Shown here: piece after piece, positions 34,920 through 47,558 of the stretch
Numbering within the stretch: position 1 is the first letter of the stretch
Layout of the letters: every line of letters begins with the position of its first letter
Source of the DNA: Porphyridium purpureum
Lineage: Eukaryota
Length of the DNA: 64,000 bases
Reading direction: 5' to 3'
NCBI GenBank assembly: GCA_008690995.1
Contig: VRMN01000015.1
Span: forward strand, 186,001-250,000
Notes under the pieces: model-generated
The model's input: the letters and a program-made list of their open reading frames with translations, nothing else
Databases searched by the model: none
Told to the model about the DNA's origin: nothing
Made by a program: the position numbers and the translations under genes

Positions 34920-37250
34920 TTGAGTTTTGTATCGAAGAGAGCAACAATTGTAGACGATATGCTCGCGTGGTTTGACGCACTCAAGTTGCACGTCCTCCAC
35001 GAGCTCGGAACGCTGTCGATGCTCTTCGACTTGAGTGAATGCGGGCTGACGGTTGAGGACACAGCGGGAGCAGCCTTCGCAGACCTGCGTGTGGACGTGA
35101 GCCCAATAGATGGGGTCAGAGCGGCTATGGTCTCGTTCATGGAGCGAGAGAAAGCCAAGATCGCTTTGCAGGCGGTATACTGCAAGATCGAAGAGCTCGC
35201 AGAAAAGCACCTGCGGATCTTCGGACTCGTGATGGGGCAGCTTCGTGCAGAATCAAAGGCGGCGTTGCGAGCCACGCCTGGGTTCGCTGAACTTGACAAA
35301 GACAGGAAGGACACCAAGAAGCACCTTCTGCTAGCCGTGGAGATGCACCTGACGCGTGGATCGAGAAACAAGCTGGTGAACTAGCAGTATGCCCGTAATC
35401 AGTAAGAAGAGCTTCGAATCCAGCCACGCGAATCAGTTATCAAGTTCCGAGCTCGCTTCGATGCGGCGGTAACGACGATGAAGGTTGACCGAGAAACAAC
35501 CGGAGACAACGCAAGGATTACGGCGGACTTTGTGCGCAGGATGGAAATGAGCGGTAAGTACCGTGAGACCGTCGTGAGCTTGCACAACAGCAAGGCCACG
35601 ATAGATACTCTCGATCAGGTGGTGCAACAGGTCACCTGGCTCCGCTTGACTGTCGTAAAGCGTAAAGTTGGCTTGACGTACAATGCTGCTGGTGCCTGAG
35701 ACAAAGCGACGGATGGTCACGGAAGACTCACCGACGAGGATGAGTCCGACATAAACGGTGAAGAAGAACCTCGTGCGCAGAGGAAGGCGCGAAAGTGCTG
35801 GGAGTGCGGAAAGACTGGCCACGTGCGCTGAAACTGGGCAAAGAAGCGGGACAAGCTCATAGACGAGCTGAGGAAGCAGGTCGAGATGCTCAAGAAGAAG
35901 AATGCTGCACGCGAGCGCTCTGGTTTGACCAAAAAAGCGGTGGCCACCGACGAGAGCGATGCGAGCTCGGTGGAAATGTCGAATGAAGACAGTGAGTGAG
36001 GGCGCGGCGCGCCGAGGAATCGTACTCGGTGCGCGCACTCAATAGTGACGGACACGACATTCGCGGAAGGAGAGATTGGCTTGGACACATGTTCAAATGA
36101 GCACGTGTTCCGGGACCTTTGACAAGTTGAAAACGTGAGGCGCGCTGATCACACGTTGCTGCTGAGCGGTATCAATGAAGGGGTCGAGGTCAGGATCTCA
36201 AAGATTGGGGACACACAATATGGAGAAGTGTATGTGTTGAGGAAAGTGAGTGGAAATGTCTTATCGCTGGGAAAGTTGCGCGCGCAGGGACATCCAGTGG
36301 CTTACACTAAGCACCTCAACGAGTTCAGGTTGCAGTTAGATAAAGAGACTGTTTTGTTTATCATGCGCCCCGACTTTGTGTAGACATCCAAGGCCAGACA
36401 TACAGACCAGGACACGCGACACTCCACTACTCTTGTCACTGGGACTGTTGCCGGAAGAGAATCTAAGTTCACACCGCGGGAAGTGGCCAGTGCCACGGCG
36501 GCCAGGGACTTGGCAAAGAGGTCGGCATACCCGTCAGCAAAGAACCTAAAGCACGCCATACGGACAGGCGCAGTCGTGCGTGCGCAAGTTAGCGTACGTG
36601 ATGTCGACATGGCCAAAGTCATCTGGGGCCCGATGGAGGAAGCCGTCAAGAGCAAGACCATGGAAAACACGTCGAACAACATCCCGGAGACACGCAGGAG
36701 TATGTTCAGCAAGTATGCGACGCTGCACCATGGCCTGATGTTTGTGAATGGTCAAGAGTTTCTTGTCTCCGTGTGCAAGCCCTTTCGGTACATTATAAAC
36801 AGGTGTCTAGTGGACAAGACAAGCGTAGAGCTGAAGAGAGCTATTGCACTGCAAGTATCAGAGCTTCGAGGGCATGGAATTTGAGTCGCATACATGCACT
36901 CAGACCCGGAGAGTAGGATCAAGGTACTGGAAACTTGGATAAAGGCCAGCAGCGTGATTCCGGACTTGGTGGTTGCGGGCGAGTCCGTGCATTCTCTTGA
37001 GTCAGTCATCTGGCTCATCAAGGAGCGTATGATAGCAAAGCGAAGTGGGTTGCCTCACCCCTTCGCTGCACTCTTATGCTCCCTTTTTGCCCAAATACTG
37101 CGTGCAAAGAATCAATGGAACACAAAGCACGGCTTTATGTGCAAAAAGCGAAACCTTGAGCTCGCCGTACGAGCAAGTGATAGATCGTAGCCTCGGAGCC
37201 AAGGAGCTTGGTCTACCATTAGGAGGCAATTTTCCAGCTCACTAGAAATT
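34920..37250 (+). mobile_element. Decayed Copia-type retrotransposon gag-protease-integrase (CoDi-like signature)
   Basis: Zinc knuckle KCWECGKTGH (~35795), protease-like IGLDTCSNEHVF (~36075), ARDLAKRSAYPS..VSVRDVDMAKVIWGP and LMFVNGQEFL. Multiple stops and frameshifts. Confidence 0.75.
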
Positions 37251-38299
37251 TGGACGAAAACTAGCGCCGCGTGGCATGAATTGCAGAGACTTTCATCCAG
37301 TGCTGAATCTCAAAGGCGCATGGCCATTCTGCCATCTGGACACACTGCAAGCAAGGAAGCGACAGGGTGTGAGACAATAATCTTTCCCAGCAGAGTTGTT
37401 CGGGCGTATGATGAATGAAGGTCGACGTCTTTTCACGGGAAGCACATAGGGATTTGCTACTGTTTTGTGCACGATAGTCAGACGCCGAGAAGCTACGATC
37501 GTGTTTTGCCTATCAGACGAACTAGCGACAGATTTGTTCAAAATACTCATGTAACATTTGATGTCTAGAAGGCTGCGAGACAGTGTTGGTGCATAAATCG
37601 GATGCAGAGCAAGAACCGGGAGCGATGTGGATGCAAAAGAAGCGCCGGCGACAAACCAAAGAGTGCGTGGAGAAGTGCGATGAAAAACTGTACAACTTCA
37701 TTCTTCTGACCAGGCAGAGATGCAGACTACTTTGCACACTTACCTTTCTGCTTTCTCTGACGCTCGTCGCAGTGCGCGAAAAGGTTGCTGTGAGCGGGCA
37801 CGTGTCGCCCATATATACTTTGGAGCCGCGACAGTCTTGGTAGAAAAGAAAAATGGTAAGAGCCGTCGTTTGATAAGTAGACATGGTCTTTGACACGGTT
37901 GGAAGCACTGAAACCTGTGAAAATTATCCGGGAAGAATAAAGTGTTTGTCTGCCCATGTTGTTCAGGCTCTCATGGGTCCGGCGACGGGCAAATAAATAC
38001 AATATTCGTTGAAGAATTTAGTGGCGCGGATACCTATCGCTGAACAACGTTCTAAGAAGGCAAGATTAGCTCGTACAGGCGGGAGCGCCCAATCTGCTGA
38101 GCTTTCTGACTCTTTCATGGTAGAGGTGTCACGTTCAGTGCTTGAAAACATCGACTCCACTCACTTTAGAAGATGCCTTCAGTAACAACATGTTGTACTT
38201 CCTCGCCTGCTTGTCGAAAAAGATTCCATGGTTTCAACGTACCACTGACCAAATGTGCTTGAGAGCAACTTTAACTTGGTCCTTCCTCTTCCCGTACAC

Positions 38300-39900
38300 A
38301 AGAGGAAAACGAGACAAAGCCCGCGAACGTAGCGGTGGCGTGGGTGGGCTCGGCGCCGACACGCACTGTGGTTACTGAGAACTTGCGTCCGCGCTCCATT
38401 CTCGGAACTGGTATGATGCTTAACGCTGTCCGTACCCGCATAAGAATCCCGTCGATATGTTGAGTTTTGATTAAACGCGATTGAGGAGTTGTGAGTGCGT
38501 TCAGTGAAGGAACAGACGCGTGTCGCAAGCAGTATTCAAGTACATTGATGCGAAATGCTGAAACCCATTCGAGTGAAAGTACTTGGACTGTGCGGGAGGG
38601 CGCTAGCTTTACGCACTGAATCTCATTAGAACACCACTCGAGCTGGACTCAGCTGGAGTAGATCTCGAATAACCCGCTCTTATTCTTGCACGATGCCTCT
38701 GCAGCGCGCACAACATGAGGCAAGGAAGAAGTCGCTAATCTGCTCCACGCACTTCTTCGCCAAGACGCTGTGAAGATGGAGCTAAGCGAAAGCCGACCCT
38801 CGAATAGAATATCATTGGAAATCATACTCCTCACCATGCATGATCCCAGAGAACGCGTGCCAACTGGCGCTTAGGTGGGCGTGATTTTCGTGGAAATATT
38901 GAGCACGGGACACTTTGGAGACCTTGTGGCATACTGTAAAAATAGTGGCCTGCCCGCGCTAGCCGTCAAACAGGCATCCCAACTCATGGCAGATGTTCAG
39001 TTCAAACGGGCCACGAGGCCAGCAAACACACCATGCCGGACCGCAGTCGTCAGCTTGAAGAAAGAAGAGTCTCGTGTTGGACAATTGCATGATTATCGCA
39101 GTGGATATCGCCACTGGATTTGCCAGGATGACAGAATGGTATTCATTTCCGAGTTTCAACGCAACGCGCGGAATCGCTGCAGGTCTGCATCACTCCAAAC
39201 CAATGCAATGGTACGTTTAACGCAGCGTACACACTACCAATGACCTCACACGGCAAAGTCGACGAGCACGTCTCCGCTGGAGGGTTTGACAAGCGAGCCC
39301 AGCCGACTCGGAAGTGCAGATAAGGTCGGGCGCTCAAAAACATTTTATTCTTTGGCGATGACGATAGAGGTATCGATGCGATCATGAATGAGTGCATATA
39401 GCACAGCAAAAGTCGGCTTCGCATATTTTGCCGAACGAGCCAGCTTCTCAAAGCCACAGTCTCAACAAAGGCTATACGCTTGGCAACGAAAGACATTCCT
39501 TCTTTAGGACGCTGGCATCTAATGCAACGAAGCATAAGCATCATCGACAACGGCTTGAAGGCTCCGATAAGAAGCTTCCTAAATCGTCGAGGCAGATTCA
39601 TCACATAGTCAGCTCCTAGTTCTGTGGCCCGCTTGCTACGCATGCAACCCACAGCACAACTTAACGCTTTCCATAATTTTGATTGCTGATTGGAGGCATT
39701 CAGGTGAAGTACAATGGTCTACTTGGAAAGGTCACGGTATCCTCGATAAGATGCAGGTTTATTTGCCACCGACGATTTGGCTTCCGATATTGCAAAGCTT
39801 CCTGCGAGCGGGTTATCTTTACTACCTCGGAGTGAGAGTTTGAAGGACTGGGGACGTAACATGCAAGTCATTTCGTTCCACCATTTGCAAGCGTCTATCA
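38300..39900 (-). mobile_element. Probable very old retrotransposon pol remnant
   Basis: No long ORF, lower GC, and faint RT-like fragments (KMFLSAR, RPKEGM, LWL*EAG). Weak evidence. Confidence 0.25.
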
Positions 39901-40235
39901 CTCCTCTCTGTTTTGTAAAGCGGCGTTTTTGACCGACAAATAAGTACATACTTCCAGCATGCTTTGGAGAATGTCCAGAATCCACACTCAAGCTGGATGC
40001 GCGAAGACTCGCGCGACGAGACAAGCGAGCTAATCACACCCACCGTCATCCAGCGTGTCACGCATGCCACGCAGCGGAGCATCCTCATCGCCTTCGATGC
40101 CGTCCAAGCTGAAACATTCGGCGTATCCACGAGAACCAACTGGTTAGGGTTTCTAGCTCAGCCGAAACATTGAGTCGTGGAAGGGAAGAGGAGAAGACTT
40201 TAGACAGTGACGCGCACAAGTGGTGGGCGATTCGC

Positions 40236-41924
40236 ATGGCAGCGAGAGAGTTCGATGCGCGCGCGGTCGCGCGCAAGGTGGTGGCATACCCTGTGTATGT
40301 GAGCGTATGGGTGCGCGAGCTTGCGCTGCTCGTGGTGTGTGGCGGTGGCGGCGAGCTCAAGACGGGGATTCCGAATTGCGTTGACGTATTTGCGCTCGAG
40401 CGAGTTACGGTCAATGGTGATGCTCGGTCTTCCGAGACCATTTCCACGGCCGATGCGGCGGCACGGCGCGCCACGAAAGAAAATCGTGCGCATGATCTTG
40501 CGAAGACAGCACCGGCAAGCGAGCGGGACGAAGCAAGTAGCATGAGGAGCGATGTACTTCAGGACGCACCTGCTGTCGCTGTCGATTCTCAAAAGCGTAC
40601 TGGTAGAGCGACCGCGGTGGATGCCTTTGAGATGTTTCTCAAGTGCCGCGTCGAGCTGGACGACATGCCAGTCACTATGCATTACTTGAATCACAGCCGC
40701 GACGCTCCAAATTCCGTCACGCTGGTCGTGGCCGGGCGCGAGTTCTGCGTAGTTTACTCGCTCGATCGTGGTGGCGTTCTCACTAAGGCAAGTGCGCCGT
40801 GGTCATCTGCGGATGATTTCGGAGCACGGCTACGCGAAGAAAAATGTGCATGTGTGCGTCTCGTCGCGTTGGCGCAGACTCCGGCGAGGACAAGTAAGAA
40901 AGACGATGTCTCAACTTCGGGTTCGCTTGTGTCATCCATTTCGGAAACAGCTGTCGTGGGCGTGGCCACGCGTTCAAGAGTGAAGGAGATGAAACTGGCC
41001 GAGGCTGCCCGTACACCAACAGAATCGGAACCAGACTCTCACGCTCAAGCCGAGACAGAGGGCCAAGTGCTCCTGGCCACGCGTTCAGGCATGATTCATC
41101 TCATCAACGGCCTGTCCGGAAAGGCAGAACGCTCGCTAGCTGTTGTTGACTCGGGCAAGCCGGTGATTCAAATGGACATGAGTATGGACAAACATCGATT
41201 TGTTTGCTGCATCGTTCAAGGCATTCGAGGCGCAGCATCTTTTACGTGCATCGTGATGGACTTGGACCGTCCCGACTACAAGCTGGAAATCTTGCCAGCT
41301 GCGCGCGCAGCGTCAGGCTCGAACGTGAAGGCAAACATGGCCGTGCGCTGTTGCCGTTTTCATCCGGTCCGAGCTGACGTACTAATCCTTGGAGAAGCGT
41401 CGCCGAAAATGGGCAGCTATTTGTCTGTGTGGCGGTATGCGCGCGACACGGGATCATTTGAACTATTGTGCTACCAAAAGGTGCTATCAAATCCGGTCAC
41501 CGCCGTGGAGCTAAACGGGAATGGCAGCCTCATCTTCGTGGGTAGCGCCGAAGGAACAGTGGCAGTGCTTTCACTGCACTTCTCTTCGCTGGAAACAGGA
41601 GAAAAAGTCGCACCTATTAGTCAGAAATCGATGAACAGGAAGATCCCTGCAAAATTGCGAGCGGAGCTCGTGCCGGCGTGGTCGACAGAACAGCCCCCGT
41701 CCTTATTTGCCGGAAGGAAACGGCGCACTACACTCCACCAGCTACCTGTATCGACGGGATGCTTTGTGCTCGACGATACACACCTCTTGACCGGATCACC
41801 TGACTCAGTGCTCATGTTGCTAGACCTGGGTATGCGCGTCGCCCAAGACTTCGATGTGCAAACGATAGTGCTGATTTCAGTGTTTCTGCTGGTTCTTGCG
41901 ATCTTGTTAGGGCTGCTGCACTAA
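40236..41924 (+). CDS. SEC12: SEC12/PREB-like Sar1 guanine nucleotide exchange factor (WD40, C-terminal TM anchor)
   Basis: YPVY...LLVVCGGGGELKTGIPN is the Sec12 K-loop signature. Also RCCRF, LHQLPVS and a terminal hydrophobic helix. Confidence 0.85.
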   Translation: MAAREFDARAVARKVVAYPVYVSVWVRELALLVVCGGGGELKTGIPNCVDVFALERVTVNGDARSSETISTADAAARRATKENRAHDLAKTAPASERDEASSMRSDVLQDAPAVAVDSQKRTGRATAVDAFEMFLKCRVELDDMPVTMHYLNHSRDAPNSVTLVVAGREFCVVYSLDRGGVLTKASAPWSSADDFGARLREEKCACVRLVALAQTPARTSKKDDVSTSGSLVSSISETAVVGVATRSRVKEMKLAEAARTPTESEPDSHAQAETEGQVLLATRSGMIHLINGLSGKAERSLAVVDSGKPVIQMDMSMDKHRFVCCIVQGIRGAASFTCIVMDLDRPDYKLEILPAARAASGSNVKANMAVRCCRFHPVRADVLILGEASPKMGSYLSVWRYARDTGSFELLCYQKVLSNPVTAVELNGNGSLIFVGSAEGTVAVLSLHFSSLETGEKVAPISQKSMNRKIPAKLRAELVPAWSTEQPPSLFAGRKRRTTLHQLPVSTGCFVLDDTHLLTGSPDSVLMLLDLGMRVAQDFDVQTIVLISVFLLVLAILLGLLH

Positions 41925-42045
41925 GATGCAGCCAAAGTAGGGCATGACGGCCGTTCGCGAAGAGGTGAAGAGAGGTAGGAAGAAAGAGGTGAGCCCCATA
42001 CCCGGAAAGCGCTATTTATTTTAATCTGTATTCCTTCTGCTTAGT

Positions 42046-43044
42046 TTAGAATCGGCTGCTTCCGTCGCGGCTCATCTCGACAACCAGACAGAGCGCACCG
42101 TCTTCGCCTTGTGCAACAACGCTCAAATCAAGGGCACCCTCAAGTTCTGCCGCCTCATGCTGCTTCAGCACGGCTGATGCTGCGCTGGCAGTATTTTGGA
42201 TCGCAACACTTCCTCGCACTTGCAAAAAGTATGCCTGCCGGTCGTCTTCAATACGAAGAGGCACACTGCACCCTGATTCAACTTGCGCGACAAAGACATT
42301 GGCGTCCTGGTTAATTTGTACTGGCGTTGCTGCGTCTTTTCGCTCCACGTCGCTCACAAGATGCTGCCATGTATTCGGTGCCCAATTGCACTTGTCGCCG
42401 CGCATGGAGCCATAATTCGGCTCAAGACCCGAGCGCCTTGGTACGATCCACATCTGAATGAATCGCAATGGCTCCTCCGGGCTCATATTGCGCTCCGCGT
42501 GAACCACGCCTGTTCCCGCAGTCATGAACTGGATCGAGTTGGGCCCGAGCGTTTCGGCAGTGCCCATCGAGTCTTGGTGCGTGAGCTCGCCGTCCACGAC
42601 AAAGGTGCAGATCTCCATGTTGCGGTGCGGATGGCTGCCGAATCCACGCGCCGGCTGCACAAGATCATCGTTCATGACACGCAGAACGCCAAAGTTCGAG
42701 TTGCTTCGGCTCATGTATTCGGCAAAGCTAAAGTGGAAACGGCTTTTGAGCCAGTTTGCATTCGTCCAGCGCGGGTTACTGCTCATATTTTCGTTCGAAG
42801 GATTTCCAAAATACATTGGGTTTGGCTCGGATACGTACAACATATCCTCGGCCACTTTGCGCACATTTCCGCTATTCTGACTCGGCGCCATCATTCGCAC
42901 TGCCCGATGCAACGGCAAGACCCTCACGCCGCGCCTCTGCCTCGCCACCGACCTGCTTCCCAGAAAGCCAAACTCCGACCACTCCGCACGCGCAACCTTA
43001 CGAGCTGGACGTGTCACCCACCGAACACCTGGCGCCACAAACAT
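42046..43044 (-). CDS. Pirin family (YhhW-like) bicupin with probable plastid transit peptide
   Basis: SRFHFSFAEY, FGVLRVMNDD, GFGSHPHRNMEI, HQDSMG, MTAGTGVVHAE and FIQMW. The N-terminus is MFVAP plus an Arg-rich extension. Confidence 0.93.
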   Translation of the reverse strand: MFVAPGVRWVTRPARKVARAEWSEFGFLGSRSVARQRRGVRVLPLHRAVRMMAPSQNSGNVRKVAEDMLYVSEPNPMYFGNPSNENMSSNPRWTNANWLKSRFHFSFAEYMSRSNSNFGVLRVMNDDLVQPARGFGSHPHRNMEICTFVVDGELTHQDSMGTAETLGPNSIQFMTAGTGVVHAERNMSPEEPLRFIQMWIVPRRSGLEPNYGSMRGDKCNWAPNTWQHLVSDVERKDAATPVQINQDANVFVAQVESGCSVPLRIEDDRQAYFLQVRGSVAIQNTASAASAVLKQHEAAELEGALDLSVVAQGEDGALCLVVEMSRDGSSRF

Positions 43045-43857
43045 CTGCTACTCCACACTCCTTCGACTGTGCCTGTCTGCGTCTCCACGCAGCGTGTCTC
43101 CTCCTTTATATCCACGCGAAACCGTCCTGACGCCTCTGCCAAACTGTCACATGCAAACGCTGGATTCCGTCTGTTTTCTCTTTTCTCTCTCTCGCAACGA
43201 ACCGACAAACGGTTGAACAAACCACCAAGCCACCCACTACGCTCCAATGTGTCTCGACAGGTCAACAGCAAGCCACCGCGCGAGAAATGCCAGCACGCGC
43301 GGTGCGTCGTCACGCACGCGTACGCGCAGCACACAGACACAAAGCGGCGTCCTGTCCACAGCAGCGGCTCACGCGTCGCCTGCCACCCGACTTTCCGCGA
43401 GCTCCCGCGCGCGCGCACGCGCATTTTCGACGCCAGCCGGGTTTCTCCCGAACTGTACCTTGTCCAGAATGAATATGGTACAGTTAGGATTAGGGTAGAT
43501 TAGGGTAGCGCGTGGTGCGTCTGGCTGCAGCAGCAGCTGCTGCGCGCCGCTGCCCCTTCGCCCGCCGCAGCGCGCGTGCGTGAGGTGGCTGCCGCAGTGG
43601 CGGCGGCCTGTGTGTCTCGGTCGGTGTGCGAGACCCTTCGCTGAGATCAGCCTCCCGCTGAAATGATCTGCGCCACGTGAAGCATGCCGTGCGGTCATTT
43701 TTGTTTCTGGTTCGCGCGGCTTCGAGTCACTTGTTGATCTCGCAGATCTTCTTCCACTGGACGCGGGCGTTTTGACGAGTCGAAGGAAGGATTTGCGGGA
43801 CGGCGTTGCTGCAGGAGACAGAGCTGAGGACGTGCAGCGCGTCAGCTCCAGTGCGCG

Positions 43858-44745
43858 ATGGCGGCATTTGTGGGGAGTTCAGTGGATGTGCGCGGTTTAC
43901 GTGTTTCCGGCGTGCACCGACGCGGATCGATTCTGGTGTGTCGCGAGATATGTGGCGTAAACCGGAACGTGGCACCCCGTGGATACTTGAGCATGGTATC
44001 GATGGAGGCGGGATCTGACGCAGGCATCGCGGACAGTCGTTGCTCGCGCAGACAGCTGTTGAGTGGCGTGGCTGGTGCCGTGCTGGCTGCGGCGGTCTCG
44101 GCGCATACAGACGGCACGGGATTCGTTGGTCTGGCAGCGCCTGCCGTGGATGATACGACCAAGGCCGTCAAAATGCTCAGTTCGCTGGGCGTTCCTGCGC
44201 CAAAGGTACCGGGCGGCTTCACTCTTCTGTTCAAGCAGCTGCGCAGTGATGTCGCGCTGGCGTTTGTGCACCCGAGTGCGTGGTTGGTGAACGAGGAGTT
44301 CGAGCTGGAGGTGGACCGGCCGCGATTGGAAAAGTCGCGCCCAAAGAGCATGGCTGCAATTCGATCTGCAGATTTCCGCAGGGCTGAGGAAGTAGGTGTG
44401 TTCGTGCAACCCGTCCCCGCGGGCGTCAAAAGCGTGACTGACATGGATTGGAAGCAGCTCGCGCGTCTGGTCGTCGGGGAAGAGGCCGTTGACCTCAAAC
44501 TGGTAAAAAGGGAAGCTCCGCCAGGCGTGGAAAGTAGCCAGCGCGTTTTCTACGAGTTCCGCTTTGTCACTGTCACAGATGCGGCGTATGCTTTTGAGCG
44601 CCACGGCGCGCTGACAGCAGAAATCCTCGACGGTACGCTGTATGTATTCGCCGGTCAGGCCAACGACCCGAGATGGAAAAAGTCGACTGGAGCACAGATC
44701 CTCACGAGCGTGCAATCATTCACGCTGGCCAAAAGCCTCAAGTGA
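43858..44745 (+). CDS. PsbP-domain thylakoid lumen protein
   Basis: MAAFV transit peptide and twin-arginine signal SRRQLLSGVAGAVLAAAVSAH. AFVHPSAW and FYEFRF..ERH..DGTLYVFAGQANDPRWKK..VQSF match the PsbP fold. Confidence 0.85.
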   Translation: MAAFVGSSVDVRGLRVSGVHRRGSILVCREICGVNRNVAPRGYLSMVSMEAGSDAGIADSRCSRRQLLSGVAGAVLAAAVSAHTDGTGFVGLAAPAVDDTTKAVKMLSSLGVPAPKVPGGFTLLFKQLRSDVALAFVHPSAWLVNEEFELEVDRPRLEKSRPKSMAAIRSADFRRAEEVGVFVQPVPAGVKSVTDMDWKQLARLVVGEEAVDLKLVKREAPPGVESSQRVFYEFRFVTVTDAAYAFERHGALTAEILDGTLYVFAGQANDPRWKKSTGAQILTSVQSFTLAKSLK

Positions 44746-44957
44746 GGATACGGTGCGTAGTTTCAAATAGATGCGGCCGTTGGAGTGATGCCTTCGGGGC
44801 AACTGAAGCATCCTGCAGATAATGTGCACGCATGGTACGGCATTCAGACCAGCATTTGCTTTCATTTTTGAACTTCCTTATTCCCGCTGCTTTATCCTAT
44901 AAAATTTTCACATGCGCCCGGCTCAGGCGACTCCAAACGTTCAGCGGCCTCCATACA

Positions 44958-46643
44958 TTAGTTTTGCACCAGATTCTCCGAGTTCCATTGCATCACATGT
45001 TTGTGCACAGCGGGGCGATCGAACAGAACGTGGCTCCGCGAAATCGTTCGATTGAGCACCTGGGCGCCCGCGATTCCGTGCGTACTGGCTCCGCCACTCG
45101 CTCGCGTGAGTTGTTCGTGCTCGCTTTCGTCGTACAGGTGCGACACTCCAGATTCGTACACGCCAACGTGATAGCCGTTCGTCCATGCCTCCAGACACAG
45201 CATGCAGTCGTGGTAAATATTGTGCTCATAGCTGGTCGCCAGCAACACATCAAACCCATTCAGCTCCGAGAATACCGAGGTGCGCACGAACCACAACGGG
45301 CGCATATGTGCACACTCGACGTACATGAAAGGCAGATCTACATCGGGGTGACCGTACGCTATCTTCCTAAACTCTTGCGAAGATGATGATTGAGTGTTAC
45401 CGCCGCCAATCCGTGCCGATACTTCGGTACTACCGCCGTCTGTACGGCCTTTCATCCAATGGTTTCCAGCCCTTTTTGGCTCATCACCGCTCAAGGGATC
45501 GAGTGGAAAACTACTACTGCTGCCAAACACGCGCTCGTCGCCCACACGCGACGACGAATAGTCCCAGAGCGAGCCGGTCGTACCACTGAGCACACCGAGT
45601 AGCGGATCGAACAAAAAGAGGCGGTGCGCCTGCAGAATCCAGTCGACCTCGTAGAGCGACGGCAGCACGGCATCAGAATGCAGGATTGCGGTGAGCGGTG
45701 CTTCGACGAGCCTCATGGCGCGGTTGATCGCGCGGATCTCGCGCAACCCATTGAAACGCAGCATGGTGAGGCTGGCATACCGTGAGCTCAATTTCATGAG
45801 GCCTAGCAGCGCGTCGTCAAGCCCAATGCTGCCGTGGCTCGAGCCTTTGGCCACGTGTGCCATATCCAAGCACAATATGATCTGTGCGCGCGTCTTCAGC
45901 TGCTGCATGTGCCGCACAAGGGTCTTGACAAGGTCCTCAAGGTGCGTGGCTTGTACTACGTGCGAGTCCGGTGTGTAAATGACGAACGCCAGCCCATACG
46001 CATACTTATCCGTCGCACCGAGGTGCTTCCGGTCGTCGCCGCCTGAGGCAGCCGCCCGCACACTCATTTGCAGAGATGAAGAGCCAGGCTCGCCCATCCT
46101 TCGCTTGACGCGCGCGGAACTGATACTTTCAGACTCTGAGAGTCGCCTGGCGGTATCAACCAGCGCGCTCATGCTCGAATCGACCAGAATACGCATGCGC
46201 TCGCTGCCGGGGTCCTCCTGTGGTATTGGGTGCGGACACGCACAATGGATCCGGCCATCATCACCGTACACGTACATCTGCGCGTCGCCCAATGCCGAAG
46301 TGTACGCTCTGGCGGCGCCAGGATTCGGACTCCTCGACACGCGCAGCGTCGAGGCGATGAACAGCACTGAAATCGAGACGCACAGCGTCCATACCGTGTA
46401 AACCAGTAGCACTTTGCCCTTGGACAACGACGACAACGAGGCCGAACCCGAGCCAGAGCCGGAGCCCGGCCCTGCCGACGCCAGAGATCCTCCAGATGCC
46501 TGCAGGCCGCCACTATTCATCGCCGACACGTGCAGTTCCTTGTCCTTATCTCTGGGAGTTGTCACAGCTCCATTGTCCAACCCACCACCACCGCCGCCCG
46601 ACGCTCCAGCTGTTCCTGTCCGTTGGCCAGCAGAACTGATCAT
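44958..46643 (-). CDS. Type II membrane glycosyltransferase (GT-A fold, GT2-like)
   Basis: Single TM segment (VLLVYTVWTLCVSISVLFIA), IILCLD, EIRAINRAM, ILHSDAV, PLWFVRTSVFSELNGFD and D..LCLEAW..GYHVG. Confidence 0.7.
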   Translation of the reverse strand: MISSAGQRTGTAGASGGGGGGLDNGAVTTPRDKDKELHVSAMNSGGLQASGGSLASAGPGSGSGSGSASLSSLSKGKVLLVYTVWTLCVSISVLFIASTLRVSRSPNPGAARAYTSALGDAQMYVYGDDGRIHCACPHPIPQEDPGSERMRILVDSSMSALVDTARRLSESESISSARVKRRMGEPGSSSLQMSVRAAASGGDDRKHLGATDKYAYGLAFVIYTPDSHVVQATHLEDLVKTLVRHMQQLKTRAQIILCLDMAHVAKGSSHGSIGLDDALLGLMKLSSRYASLTMLRFNGLREIRAINRAMRLVEAPLTAILHSDAVLPSLYEVDWILQAHRLFLFDPLLGVLSGTTGSLWDYSSSRVGDERVFGSSSSFPLDPLSGDEPKRAGNHWMKGRTDGGSTEVSARIGGGNTQSSSSQEFRKIAYGHPDVDLPFMYVECAHMRPLWFVRTSVFSELNGFDVLLATSYEHNIYHDCMLCLEAWTNGYHVGVYESGVSHLYDESEHEQLTRASGGASTHGIAGAQVLNRTISRSHVLFDRPAVHKHVMQWNSENLVQN

Positions 46644-47558
46644 GCTCACCTACATACAATCTCCGACTCGACCAGCACTGGCGCGCTCTCGTTCGGCCTC
46701 GTGTCGCTTGTCCCCTCGGGTCGTCGCACTGTGTCCGTGCCACTGCGGCCTTTTCGATCCGACAAGCATCGCTCGGAAAGTACAGCGAGAACTGTACTTC
46801 GGACATCAAAAACCATTGTCTGTGGCCGAGAGGGAGACGGAACAGCCAGGAGCCGCCTCATCCGCGTCCGTCCCCTCCAGTCGTCTCGCTCCAATCCCAC
46901 GCACCGCAGAATTCCCGCAAGCCAGAGTTTTTAACCAAACCAACACTGCTTTACTCCACGAGTCTCTGACTCTCTTTCCGACGCTCGAACCAAGAGTCTT
47001 TCAAACAGTTTCGCATTTCTATACCCGCCTGCGCCCAAACATCTCCGTGCTGTCTCACGTCGTGGTGCCGACGAATACTCGCATTCATTCTCGCTCAATT
47101 TGCGCCCCAGCGCGTCGCGCATCCTCTTCAGCCGCTTGTTCTGTCTCACATGCATCTTCCTGTTCCAACTCCCTCTGCCGCTTCGGGAAGGTGCGCTCGT
47201 ATTATGTCAAATACATGATAATAGCGCTCAGCACAAGTGCATCAGGCCTTAGTTAATGCCAGCGGTGTTGGCAAAGTAGCATTGCATCGGAAAGACTGGG
47301 GGGTAGAGTTGTTGTTTGTTTGGTTACGAGTAAAGGTCTTTTACGAGACTCGTGCATTAGGGAAGATAGACGCAGCGGGAGGCGCGATTACTCTCCCCTA
47401 CACCGCCCCATCGACCAGCACCACATCCGGGAGGACTGATCGCTTTAGACCCGGGCGGGGACAGCTCTCACAAACCGGTTCAACTTGACATTTCGAAATT
47501 GTCACTTGTGTATCGAGTGGGGGGTTTCCACGCAAGCCGCTCGACGTCGCTAGATAGG

